A DNA stretch of 63,915 bases from Paraspadella gotoi (Eukaryota; Animalia; Chaetognatha), in the NCBI GenBank assembly GCA_051294375.1, contig CM119270.1, positions 20,916,417-20,980,331 on the forward strand. The letters are read 5' to 3'. Shown here in pieces: positions 1 through 12,398 of the stretch (its first letter is position 1; each line of letters begins with the position of its first letter). The notes under the pieces were generated by a model. The model was not told the DNA's origin and ran no database searches. It was given only the letters and a program-made list of their open reading frames with translations. The translations under genes were made by a program, and so were the position numbers.

Positions 1-473
1 TGGTTTATTTATTTGTCGTCTCACAATTTTTAAGCATTATTTTAAAAAATGAATTTGGTACAACCAATATAAAAATTATAAAATTAAATTAAATTAAATT
101 TTGCATAAAATTATATTTAACATAATGGAGAAACAAGTAATAATATTAATATCATAACGTAATAACTTATTCAGTTCGATAATTGATAAAACTCGCGGAT
201 CCGATTCCATTTTTGGTTCTGATTCCATTTGCGATGATAACATAAAAAGAAAGAAAAGGCAGGGATCACCTGTCTCGCCCTGATGCGGGGGGGGGGGAAT
301 TCCTAATTCTAGTGAGGTTGTACTACGTAGTCCATTCTTGCTCTGACAGAAAAGAGGGAAGCCAGAAATGGGATTGTGCGTTCCTCCGCTAAGCCATTGC
401 GCTACAGATTATTGCGACAACTATAATATTTCAAATAGATAAATAATAAAAGAAAAAAGACTCAACCAGGGAT

Positions 474-562
<89 letters not shown>

Positions 563-1705
563 CCCCTCGGAAAAAAAGCTCTCCTTCTGGCGCCCACATC
601 AACATGATAAATGTCGACGCTACGAAAAAAAAAAAGATGAGAGGATGAATTCGGAAGGAAAAAGATAAACGGAAGGGCGAGCATGGTCTGTTATGGCGGG
701 GGGAAGGTGTGGGTCATAGGGCGAATAGAAGGGGTTCAGTGGATGTAGAAAGGTACCGTGGGGATTGGGGTACCTGGAATGCTGGTCTGTTGTAGGGTCG
801 CAGGAAGGAAAGGTATGAGTATTCTTGAGCATTCGCCCAGGTGGACTGATCTGATGAACACCTGAGCTTCTGAGCATCGTTTTATTTTTGAGTTTCAGTT
901 TATCTTTCCTTGGTTCTCATACTAATGTTCCCCCCCCGGTTTAAAGTTCCATCTTTGGAGCATCCTAGTATCTCTCCAGTATCAAGAGATCTGAATCCGC
1001 AGTATCGCGGCATCTTTCCCTCAGTTCCGCTACCGTTCGCCCTTCTTCAACACCCAGCCTCCCTTCTTCACGATCTTTCACCAAATCTCACCGAATCTGT
1101 TTCTCTTTTTATTCATAAATCTTTTTTCCTGCCGCTGCCGACGCCCGCCGACACTTGCCGACTCTTTCCGACACCGCCCCTTCGACCCTGCCCGCCATTT
1201 CCTGTTTGCCCACCTGATTTCTTTCGCTCCATTTTCTCTGACGCTCGACGTCAAAACAGAAGTGAAACCTGGGAAGCGATAAAACCTCAAAAGAGAGAGA
1301 GATTGAATAAACGGGTCTGAATGCGGAATATGAATACAATACAATTCGAATTCTATATACAATCGTGAGTCTAATATTTAATCGGAATCTCATGCTGAAT
1401 ATAAATATCTTTTTGTTTCCTTAATACGATTTATGCATGACAAAATAGATAGAAAATGAAATACCTAGCTTGAGCGGGCGATAATGATTGCAATACCTCA
1501 ATTTCAATAATTAAAAAAAAAAAACCAATCGGGGAGAAAGAAATCTAATCGGGAAAAACTCGACATCTCGTTAAAAAAAAAAAATTGCGTCTAATTACTA
1601 TGGCCAGATCTAATTAGAAGTGAGGCCAGACATCGATGCAAAATGGCCACTTTTTCGATTAAAAAACAGAAAAAACCTCTTGGCCACTGAGCAATAGCTT
1701 GGTTG

Positions 1706-2075
1706 GATTGGAACCGACTTTGCTTGTCAGATCTGCTTGGATTTGATTGGAACCGACTTTGCTTGGCAGATCTGCTTGATTGAAACCGACTTTGCTTGGT
1801 AGATTTGCTTAATTGGAACCAACTTTTCTTGGTAGATCTGCTTAATTGGAACCGATTTTCCTTGGTAGTTCTGCTTGATTGGAACCGACTTTTCTTGGTA
1901 GATCTGCTTGATTTGAACCGACTTTGCTTGGTATATTTGCTTGATTTGAACCGACTTCGCTTGGTAGATCTGCTTGATTGGAACAAACTTTGCTTGGCAG
2001 ATCTGCTTGATTAGAACCGACTTTGCTTGGTAGATCTGCTTGATTGGAACCGACTTTGATTGGTAGATCTGCTTG
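1706..2075. repeat. 33-bp tandem minisatellite, ~11 copies (GATTGGAACCGACTTTGCTTGGTAGATCTGCTT)
   Basis: Head-to-tail diverged copies read directly, with no spacers. The unit length is a multiple of 3, which explains the repetitive ORFs (KQSRFQSSRST / QADLPSKVGSN). Confidence 0.92.
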
Positions 2076-2340
2076 AGTCAATCTACGGATCATAATACTT
2101 TTTTCTGAGAGGACGTCGACAAAAACAATGACAACGAAGACAAGAACAACAACGATGACAACGAGAAGAACAACAACGATGAGAACGACGACGACGACAA
2201 TGATGACGACGACAACAACAACGACGACGACAACAACAACAAGGCAACCACGTAATCGACGTCGAGTTAATGAGTTTCGATCGCAAAATCGATGGAGTTT
2301 TTCGCACCTGCGACTCACGAGGGAATCGTTATTGATCATT

Positions 2341-2520
2341 CGCCACAAACGACAATGGAGATGGCAAACGCCATAAACGACAATGAAAATGGCAAACGCC
2401 ATAAACGACAATAGAGATGGCAAACGCAACAGACAACATTGATGATGGTTAAAGCTATGAACGATACAAGATATGGCAAACGCCACAAAATATAATGGAG
2501 ATGGCAAACACAACAAACCA
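2341..2520. repeat. ~28-bp degenerate tandem repeat (AATGGAGATGGCAAACGCCATAAACGAC)
   Basis: About five diverged copies of ATGGCAAACGC with similar flanks. Confidence 0.75.
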
Positions 2521-3038
2521 CGACTGACATATTTATGAGGTTTGCTACCGCAAGGAATGACATCTGCAGTGTGAATTAGCTATTTCTGGTTTTCTTTGTC
2601 GACGTCACCTTTTCCCCGGAAGGAGAAGTTCTTGATTAAAACCTCAATCGGTGACTAAACCAAGAATCGATCGTCTGCAGATTCTATTATCAAATGGCCA
2701 ATCGCTGATAACAAGATCTGTCCCGTTAACGTCAAAGAATCGAGTGGCAAGAAATCCGATGGGAAATGTCCTGCGCCCTCCGCCCTCCGCCCTCATCCTC
2801 CGCCCACCGCCCACCGCACTCCGCCCTCCGCCATCTCAACCCTTTTCATCTTTCACCTGCCTTTAATAACTGGCATCGTTTTTCCCTCCAGTCCCTTCTT
2901 CTTCGCCGACCCCTCCCCCCCCTCGGCCTGGAGGCGGCCTCCCGTTGCTTCTGCGCTGAAAAGAAAATTCGAGCTGAGAATCTGAGAGTAATTAGGAGAT
3001 AAGGAGAGAAAGAAAAGAGGGGGAGGAGAGAGGAAAAA

Positions 3039-3072
<34 letters not shown>

Positions 3073-3307
3073 TGAGAGAGTGAGAGAGAGAGAGAAGAAA
3101 AGGAGAAAATGAAAGGAACAAAAGAGAGGTTGAGATGAGAAGAGAAAAGAAGATGAGAGAGAAGAAAAGAAAAGAAAAGAAAAGGAACAATTAGAGAGGA
3201 GGTCTCTGGACTCACCTGTCAACGATTGCAAATGAAATATTGAGGAGTGAGTGAAAAGACCTACCTTTCTCTTTCTTTTGCTTCCTTCTTTTTTTCTTTT
3301 CTTTTTT

Positions 3308-3370
<63 letters not shown>

Positions 3371-4439
3371 CTCTCTTCTTCTTTCTTTCTTTCTTCCTCC
3401 TTTACTTTTTATATCCTTTTCTCTTTTACCTTAAACCCAAAACTGACTTCATAATTACGGAAAGACATTTATTTTCAATGAAATGATGAATTCATTTTTT
3501 TTTGACAAAATAATTTTTGTCGATTTAGATCCAAAGTTTTTTTCGAGTCGCGATCAAAGTACAAATCTTTTTTTTTTTGGTTGCGTCATCATTTGAATCA
3601 AAATATTTTTAAGAAATTCATTTAAATTGAATTTGTAAATAAATAGGAAAAGCTTATATGTGCGACGACATAAATGTATGATTGTTATGACTTATGAATG
3701 GTATGAATGTTAAATTCAAAACGTTTCTAAACATTTTTAACTGAAAGTTTAATCTTTAAATTGTAATAAGCGTTTTATTCCGTGATTTATCTTTGAATAG
3801 AATAACGAATCTCCCTCTAATTCAAAGAAAAATATAAAGTTATCACATCTTCACATTTTTTCTCTGACATCTACACCCGAGCCTCGGCCAAGATGAAAAG
3901 TGCCGCCTTGTGTCGCGCGAAGAAAGAAATTGTCTAATTAATCTTAATTAATAACGAAAATTTTAAAATTTCACGTCGACTTCTTCACTTCCTTTTCTTT
4001 TCTTTATTTTTTTCCCCAACCGGAAATTTCCTCTTTCTTTCTTTTTTTTTCTTTCACCGGCTTTTTTGTTGTAAAATTTAATCATCGGACGCGAGACACC
4101 TGACGGATTTTTTTTTTATTATAAAAAAAAAGGGAAAAAAATAGGAAATGGATGAGAAAGCGAACGGTCGTTCAAAAAAAGAGGAACCTCTACCGGTGAT
4201 GTGTTTGATTAAAGGGGGAAAGAGAGATTAACATAAGTCAACTTTACGCTGTTTGTTATTTGATAAAAAGGTTTTTATGTTTTTACGAATAGAATAACGA
4301 ATTAGATACAGTGAGTCATGTTTGTTTAGTCTCAAATACTGCGAGATATTTTAACTCGAATTTTTCTGTAAGAAAATTATGATTTATTTTTGAGAGGTAG
4401 ACATTGTATTTTGACTTTCTTTTTTGCTATTTAGAATAG

Positions 4440-4569
4440 TTAGAGATGAAACGAAAAATTCGTTGTAATAGCAATTTTATTTTTATTAATGTACATGTTT
4501 CGACTCTTAGTTTTTGCGAGTCTTCATCAGCAAGTGAATTCAATAGACCAAAATTTTTAACATTAGTTT

Positions 4570-4600
<31 letters not shown>

Positions 4601-4696
4601 TTTCCAACAAAGAATTGAGCAAGGATAGTGGTCAGATGTGAGGACAGGTGAAAGTAGGGAAAGAGAGAGTAAATGATTTTTGAAATTGGTGAAAAG

Positions 4697-4736
<40 letters not shown>

Positions 4737-4770
4737 AGGGATCAATACATTAGGCAATGTACAACAGTGA
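4440..4770 (-). mobile_element. Dispersed repeat carrying a hammerhead (probable Penelope-like pLTR relic), copy 1
   Basis: Shares CTTCATCAGCA, TTTCCAACAAAG, CAGATGTGAGGACAGGT, ACAGGGAT and GTACAACA blocks in the same order with 23050-23400. Confidence 0.6.
4485..4536 (-). ncRNA. Minimal hammerhead ribozyme motif (Penelope-like-element type), possibly degenerate
   Basis: Minus strand reads CUGAUGA-A-GACUC(11-nt loop)GAGUC-GAAA-CAUGUA: intact core boxes, 5-bp stem II and a palindromic mini stem III. Stem I pairing is weak. Confidence 0.65.
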
Positions 4771-5474
4771 AAAATTTTTTAGAAAAACTAAATATTTAAC
4801 AAAAGTAATAATAAATTAATTGTTAGCTGATGATTGTTAGTAAGAGAAAATGAAATAGAAGAATAAGTGATGAGGGATAGATAAGTTAAAGATAAGTGAA
4901 ATAGTAATTTATAATGAAAAGTTCAGTCTTTAAATTAATTGTTAATTCCTGTTCATATCATTTTGTACAATTTCTTTTTATTTTCTGTCAAGAAAATGGA
5001 GAACATTTTAATGAGGAAAAAAAAGAAATAAAAAAAAAATAAAAAGGGGAAAAAAAGATAGAAAAAGAAATGCAGAGAATTCGTAATTATTTTGTTCTTT
5101 TATTTTAAGAGGACGCGATGATCGCATCAGCTGTTCACTTGTTTTCTTTTTTCATTTCTTGACTTCCTATTTTAATTCTTTTTTTTTTTTTTGTTCCTCC
5201 GCGTCGCTAGTTTCGTTTCCATAGAAACGTTGAGACGCGACAGATTTATTTAAAACAAATTTTAAAAACAAGATCGGTGCATCCAATATGTTGCGCCGCA
5301 GTGACTTTATGTTCATGTGTAGTGTAATAAAATGAAATGACATCACATGACATGACGTGATATGATTGTAAGACTACAGTAACTTTCTGAGCCTGTATAT
5401 TTTTGACACATACTGCATTGCAAACGTCTTTTATTCTTTATTCTTTATTCTTTATTCTTTTTATTCTTTAGTTT

Positions 5475-5677
5475 TAGAATTTCCTAGAGGCGGCGCTAGC
5501 AGTTCCTTAGATTTAAAGATTTTTCCTTCTTAACAAATGAACAACCAAGTATAGGCGAATTTTGAGCAATTTTTGCATAGGCTGACATACAAAAAGACCG
5601 ACCGACCAACCGATCAAAAGACCGACCGAAAAGTCACTTATAGAGTTCTCGCGAGTTCTCGCAGCGCAACTAAAAAA
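5475..5677 (+). mobile_element. Non-autonomous Helentron/DINE-like (HINE) fragment
   Basis: (GACC)n microsatellite followed by TTATAGAGT...CGCAACTAAAAA with a degenerate terminal hairpin, the general layout of HINE 3' ends. No family match was checked. Confidence 0.4.
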
Positions 5678-6803
5678 TTGTTAGTTTACTGTTTAAGTGG
5701 AGATTTTAACGAGGTAGTTAGAAGAGGAAGGCTATTATTTTGTTTTGTTATAATAATAACTTTTTGAAACAATCCAAAAATAATTCCACTCACGAATTTT
5801 ATCTAAATGCTGTCTCTCCATTTTATGGAAATCCTTTAATGGTTGCTCGGCGTTTCCAATATTAGTAAATAGGCTGCTTTATTAAAAATTTAATATTATT
5901 TCTTAAGTCAATCTATAAGTTTTTATTCATAGAGAAGTATTATTTTATTTTCATTATTATTATTCTCATCAACTTACATTTAGAATTTACATTTAAATTT
6001 GTATTTTTATAGTATCTATTTATGTAAAGCGCCCTATTCCTCAATGTATTTCCTCAATGCTGTGCAATAATGCTGTCGTCAATACTGCGCAATAATACTG
6101 TCGTCAATACTGCGATTTCCTAGTTGGAAATCCTTTAATGGTCCCCCTTTTCCCTCCAGTGAAAAGGGAACCAATAAAATGTCATTTTTCTCCATTTTAG
6201 GCACATTTTTTTAAAAATTTAAAACAAGAACGCCTATTTATTTTTTTGCCTTTTTTGTAGGGACCTAATTTCATTTTTAGTTTCACACAACAGATCCTTG
6301 AAAAGAAAAAAAATGGATGAAAAAAAGGAAAGAAAAAGCTGTGATTATAGAAAAAAAAGAAAAGAAAAAAAGGAATAAAATTGTGAAAAAATAGCTAAAG
6401 CATTTTGCGTGACGTAAATTCGCGTTTCCCTTTTTTTTCTTTTTTCAATGAGATCATTTTTATTCTTGGTTGTTATTATTTTTCTTATCTGGTTTTTTTG
6501 TCTGATAAAAGTTGAGAGAATTTTTTTCTTGACATTTGAAAATGACATCAACTTTGTCTTGTTTAGCGTCAAACGATGAATTAAATTAGTAAGACATTTA
6601 CTATTAGTTTACTTTTCTCTCTTTTAAGCTTTTTAGTTTTTCTGTTTATTAGTACAAGGCATATATATTAGGAATATATATAATATATATTAAGAATATT
6701 ATTATAGTATCGAGTAAAAGATAAAAAAAGCGATCTCATTGAAGGCGCTGACCCATTCACTTCTTTTTCCATTTTCCTTTTTCTTCTTTTTTCTTTTTTT
6801 TTT

Positions 6804-6843
<40 letters not shown>

Positions 6844-7460
6844 TTTTTTTTTTTTTTTTTTTTTTATATTATTCTTTTATTTCCTTTTCACATCCACAAA
6901 ATATCGGAAGCAATAAATAAAACTTAATGGAAAGAAAAATAAATTTTGCCAGAAAATGGAATCGGGAGGGGCGAGGGGAGAGGGGAGAGGGGGAGGGGGC
7001 GAGGGGAGGGGGGGAGGGAAAAGGGAGAGGGGCGAGGGGAGAGGGGCGAGGGGAGAGGGGCGAGAGGGGGAGGGGGGCGAGAGAAAGAAAATAAAAAAAA
7101 GAATAAAGGAAAAATACGTTGGATCGTGGGAAGTTTAGGATCGAGAAAAATAGCGATATTTTTTTTTTAAAATAAATTATGAAGAGTGAAACTCAAATGA
7201 GAAACACGTGAACAAAAATATCATCTTCATCGTTTATGTTTATTTATCAAATCTCCATGGAGAATCTTAGATATAAAATTCCATACTTTTTTCATTTCTT
7301 ATTTTTTCAATTTTTTTGCCAAGTTAAACACTTTTATATCTTTTCTTTTTTTTCTTTCTTTTTTTTCACAGTTTTCATTTTTTTCTGTTTTTTTCCCAAT
7401 TTTTTTTTTCTTTTTTTTTCTTTTTTCCCTTTTTTTCTGTTTTTTTTAAAAGAGAGAGAT

Positions 7461-8178
7461 GGCGGAGGTTTCTGCCACGCGAACCAAAAAAAAGGAAAAA
7501 CTAGTCGATAAAGAGATTTTTCTTTAAATTCATTTGTGATAACAAATTGTAAAGTCAGGGCAAAAGATTCTTAATAGATTCAATCTTAATTAACAATTTT
7601 AACGAGACAGTTAGAAAACAAACTTGGTGAATCGCCGATTCTCGAAGCGCCAGAGATTAAAAAACCACTGAGTCAGACGAAATTTAGTCTGCTCTCTCTC
7701 TCTCTTCTCCTCTCATCTCTCTCTCTCTCATCTCTCTCTCTCTCTCCTCTATCTCTCTCTCTCTCTTGCTCTTCTCCCCGCATCACGTTGTCCGGTGGTC
7801 AACTCTAACTTCACGCGAAAATGACAGGGAAAAAACGGGACTCAAAGGGGAAGAAAAAAGGAAAGGTAATTTGGGGAAAAAAGAAAAAAAAAGAACAAAA
7901 GAAAAGAAAAGNNNNNNNNNNNNNNNNNNNNNNNNNAGAGAGAGAGAGAGAGAGAGAGAGACTAAATTTCGCTGACTCAGTGGTTTTAATCTCGCGCATT
8001 CGAGAATCGGCGATTCACCAAGTTTGTTCTAAACGTCTCGTTAAAATTGTTATATAAGATTGAATCTTATTAAGAATCTTTTGCCTGACTTTACAATTTG
8101 TTATCACAAATTGAATTTAAAAAAAAAATCTCTTCGACTAGTTTTTCCTTTTTTTTGGTCGCGTGGAAAACCTCCCCC
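7461..8178. repeat. ~300-bp inverted duplication flanking an N-gap (7461-7765 vs 7937-8178)
   Basis: For example AACTTGGTGAATCGCCGATTCTCGAA vs TTCGAGAATCGGCGATTCACCAAGTT. The arms differ by scattered indels. Confidence 0.85.
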
Positions 8179-8320
8179 CTTTGTGGAATAACGCCCTCCT
8201 CACCTTTTGTGGAATATTCTAGCCCCTTTGTGGAATAACGCCCCCTCTTTGTAGAATAACGCCCCCTTTTGTGGAATAAGCCCCCCTCACCTTTTGTGGA
8301 ATTATCTCGCCCCTTTGTGT
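8175..8320. repeat. ~23-bp tandem repeat (CCCCTTTGTGGAATAACG), ~6 copies
   Basis: Directly visible repeated TTTGTGGAAT cores. Confidence 0.75.
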
Positions 8321-8638
8321 TCTCTTCACTTCCGATACACCTGTCGTTGTTGTTGTAGTCGTTGTAGTCGTTGTCATTGTCGTCGTTGTAATCGTTGTCG
8401 TCGTTGTTGTCGTCGTCGTTTTCATCGTCTTCGTTGTAGTCGTCGTCATTGTAGTCGTCGTCGTTGTCGTCGTCGTCGTCGTTGTCATCGTCTTCGTTGT
8501 AGTCGTCGTCGTTGTAGTCGTCGTCGTTGTCATCGTCTTTGTTGTAGTCGTCGTCGTTGTCGTCGTCGGCATCGGAAAAGTTAGAAACTTTCCTTTTCCT
8601 CATTTTCCTTTTTTTCGTGTTTTGTGTGATGTTGGGGT

Positions 8639-8703
<65 letters not shown>

Positions 8704-10537
8704 AGATGGGGGAGAGGGGGAGGGAGGGCCAAGGAGAATAAGGGGGGAAGGGGGGAGGGAGGCAGAGGGGGAGGGGAATTCCATTCGGAAAGAACAGACG
8801 GAAGAAGAAGCTAAAGAACAAAGTGGAAACGTAAATAGAGAAAAAAAAGTCGGGAAGTACAAATAGAGAAAAGGAAAAAGAAGTTGAAAGAAAAAAGGAG
8901 GAAGAAGAAAGAAGAAAAAAAAGAAAAGTATTGCAAGTTGAAATAATTAAATAGTTGAAATAGGAATTCAGTTTCAAAATTTAAAATAATAAACGAAAAA
9001 ACGATGATGACATAAGGAGATGAGATTTAAATTTAAAAAAAAAAACAGTTGAACAAACAAAAACCGAAAAAAAAACAATGGAAAAGAAAGAGAGAGAGAT
9101 AAAAAACTGTAAGGTTATACAGGGTGAATGGAATCAAAAGTGAATTCTCAAAAGGATAAAAGAGGAAATATCGAGGTGAAAGAGGAAATTGGGAAAGAAA
9201 ACAAATTAGAGAAAATCATGTGAGAAAAAATAATAGGAAAAAAGAAATTATGAAAAAAATAAAAATAAAAAAAAGAAGGGAAAAAAAAGAAAAGAAAGGA
9301 AAAGAAAAGAAAAGAAGAGAAAAGAGAATAAAGAATAAAGAAAATATAATCTAAGTCAGAAAAAAAAGACAAAACTTTTTCGAAACATCCCTGAAAAATA
9401 GAATCGCCTTGAAAAGAAAAAGAAAGCAAAAAAAAAGCAAAAAAGGGAGTTTTGCTTTAATAAAGACGATTTAAACTGAAAAGATGAGGAAATAAATGAT
9501 TCATGTTGCGGCTGAACGAAAAAAAAAAGAAAAAAAAAGAAACAACGAAAACAGAGAAAAACGAGAAATTTGACTTTGAAAACATTCAACTTCTGTTTGT
9601 CTCTTTTGTCCTTGTTTCTCCTTGTCTTTTTCTCTCCCTTGTCCTTATTTCTCCTTGTCTTTTTGTCTTCTTTGTCCTTGTTTTTCGTCTTTTTGTCTCC
9701 TTTGTCCTTGTTTCTTATTGTCTTTCCAATTTTCCCTTTTTTAAGAGATAATTTTGTTTGTCTCTGATTTGTTTTCTCTTTGTCGTGATTACGATTTTTT
9801 TCATTTTTTTCCCTCAAATTTCGTTCTTGTTCTCTTAATTTTTCTTAATTCTTAATTCTTCTTAATTTCTCTCTTTTCTTTTTTTTTCTTTTCCTCTCCT
9901 CTCCTTTCTTTTCTTTTCTTTTCTTTTCTTTTCTTTTCTTTTCTTTTCTTTTCTTTTCTTTTCTTTTCTTTTCTTTTCTTTTCTTTTCTTTTTTCTTTTC
10001 TTTTCTCTATTTTCTTTTCTTTTTTTTTCTTTTTTTTTCTTTTCTTTCCTTTTTTCTTTTTCTTTTCTCTCTTTTCTTTTCTTTTCTTTTCTATTTTTTT
10101 CTTTTCTTTTCATTTTTACTTTTTTTTCTCTTTTCTATTTTTAATTTAATACTCGACTTTACCCCCATTTGATTTACAATTTTACAATTTTAGACGAGAT
10201 GAAATGATCCACTCATTCTACAAATAAGTTATTTTGCCCCTGAATTTAGACTCGCTACGGTTGTTAAAGGTCTTGCAAGCTTTCATTCAAGACTCTTTTA
10301 CACTTTAGAATGTGAACACTCAGAGCACATGTATTCCTTATCCGTGGAAGTGGTGCAATATTTCTATTTTTAAATTACAAATAAACATATGCATGAGTAA
10401 GAAATTAATATTACAAGTTAAAAACGATAAAGAAACATCAGCAGTTAATGGCAGCTCGAGACGAAAAGACAAAAGCTGCTTCCCCCGCCTCTCTCTTTGT
10501 CTCTCTCTCTCTGTCTTCTCTGTCTCTCTCTCCTCCT

Positions 10538-10608
<71 letters not shown>

Positions 10609-10706
10609 TTTCTCTTTCTCTCTGAGGACTCACAGATAAAAGAAATTTGGGCGTAGAACGTCGAGAAAAAACTCGTGAATAAAAAAGGACGAACGCGTCT
10701 TTGTGA

Positions 10707-10788
<82 letters not shown>

Positions 10789-10894
10789 CGAGCGAGCATA
10801 TAGAGTGCAGAAGGAAAGTAGTGGGACGGGTAAAGATAAAGACTTTTCAAGTTGAAAGAGAAGAGAGCAAATGAAATTGAATATAAATGGACGA

Positions 10895-10966
<72 letters not shown>

Positions 10967-11213
10967 GAGAGAGAGAGAGAGGAGAGCTTGTGGGGCAAAG
11001 AAAAATGAGCAAAAAGGGAGTAAAAATAAAAGAGCTGCGGATGACACGTGATCATTTCCTAGAATTCAGTTTTTTATTCTTTGTATTTAAATAATTTATG
11101 TTTATAAATTATGATTAAATTTAACTACAAATTATTTTAAAAATTTCAATAAAACAAAAAAAACATAAAAAACATTTGAGAATACAGATTTAGGAGAAAC
11201 ATGAATTTCTCTC

Positions 11214-11283
<70 letters not shown>

Positions 11284-11495
11284 GTCATTTATATCGTAAG
11301 ATTTCGAACGACATGTCTCACAAAATCCTTCAAAATTCACATTTCACTTTCCGTGACTTTCACGTCTTTGACCTGATCGTCATCGTCGTTGTGAAAAAAA
11401 AAATATTTTAAAAAAATTAAGAAAATATTGGAAGAGCTACGACTCAAGCACACGCACTCGAGTCCAGAGACGGATGCACTTGCGCTCATCCATGA

Positions 11496-11753
11496 GGGCA
11501 CTATTTTCTGAGAGCGCCCTTATTTGATTCCTAATCCCTAAACTTAATTCCAACTTAAATATCTTCCTCTAATCATTTTCCAAAAGTGTATTGAATCCCT
11601 AACCCTTATTCCAAACCCTAATTCTAACCAAATCGCTACCCTCATCCCTAAACCTAATCTCTATCCCTAATCCTAAACATAATTATTAAACCTAAAAACA
11701 AACCTAATTCCGAATTCGAGTTGAAATGCGGCGCTTTCGGAAAAAAGAGGGCC
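11496..11753. mobile_element. MITE with ~24-bp imperfect TIRs and an internal degenerate (CCCTAA)n array
   Basis: Ends GGGCACTATTTTCTGAGAGCGCCC and GGCGCTTTCGGAAAAAAGAGGGCC are imperfect inverted repeats. Related copies at 12661-12963 and ~19400-19700. Confidence 0.6.
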
Positions 11754-12398
11754 AAGATTAGAATCCTTTTCTGAAAGACACTTGGGTGATAAAGGAGAAG
11801 CGAATGGGGAGGAAAGGTCTTTCGAGAGGACAACTCGGGAGGGAAAAAAAAGGAAATAAAAAAGGAAAGAAAAAAGGAAATAAAAAAAGGAAAGAAAAAG
11901 GAAAATGGCACTTAGTCTCAGTTTGTAAAAATAGTCACGCGATAAAAAAAGGAAAAAATCTTTCCAAGTTTTTTTCAAAAGATTTCTTTTTCAAAAGTCA
12001 GTTCTCGTGACACGGATTTTTTTCTCTCGTTAGGAATATTTGTCGCCCTTGCGAATTATGCGTCACTTCGTCAGTATCTCTCGTTTGTATTTCTCTTTGT
12101 CTGTCTGTTTCTCTGTCTGTCTATGTATCTTTCGCATATTTCAGGCCGCTGTCCCACCCGCAGCATCGATCGTTATGATTCGGTAGAGCCTCGTTTCAAG
12201 TGTCCCCCCCTCGCCGAACAGTAGTCGTCTCCCGACTTACCCAATTCTCGCCCTTACCTTCTTTATTCTGTCACCCATTTCCGTTTCCTTACCTTTCATC
12301 CTTCACTTACCCTCCCCCTTTTTCCCTTACCCCCTTCCCCTTTATTATTACATTTCCCACTTATCTCACCCTTCCATTTTCTCTTTACGTTTTTCCAG

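Noticed and set aside
1706-2075. CRISPR-like regular repeats
   Set aside because: Units are contiguous without unique spacers; the context is eukaryotic and there are no cas genes.
2600-3260. Possible small exons on either strand (minus MPVIKGR/TFPIGFLATRFF; plus ALKRKFELRI resembling calsyntenin LDRKFKLIC)
   Set aside because: The minus-strand intron lacks a polypyrimidine tract. The plus-strand match hits a stop and lacks the following NGRY motif.
421-11094. Numerous (RE)n, (SL)n, poly-F/K/T/D ORFs
   Set aside because: They are translations of (GA)n, (CTTT)n and (GAC)n microsatellites.
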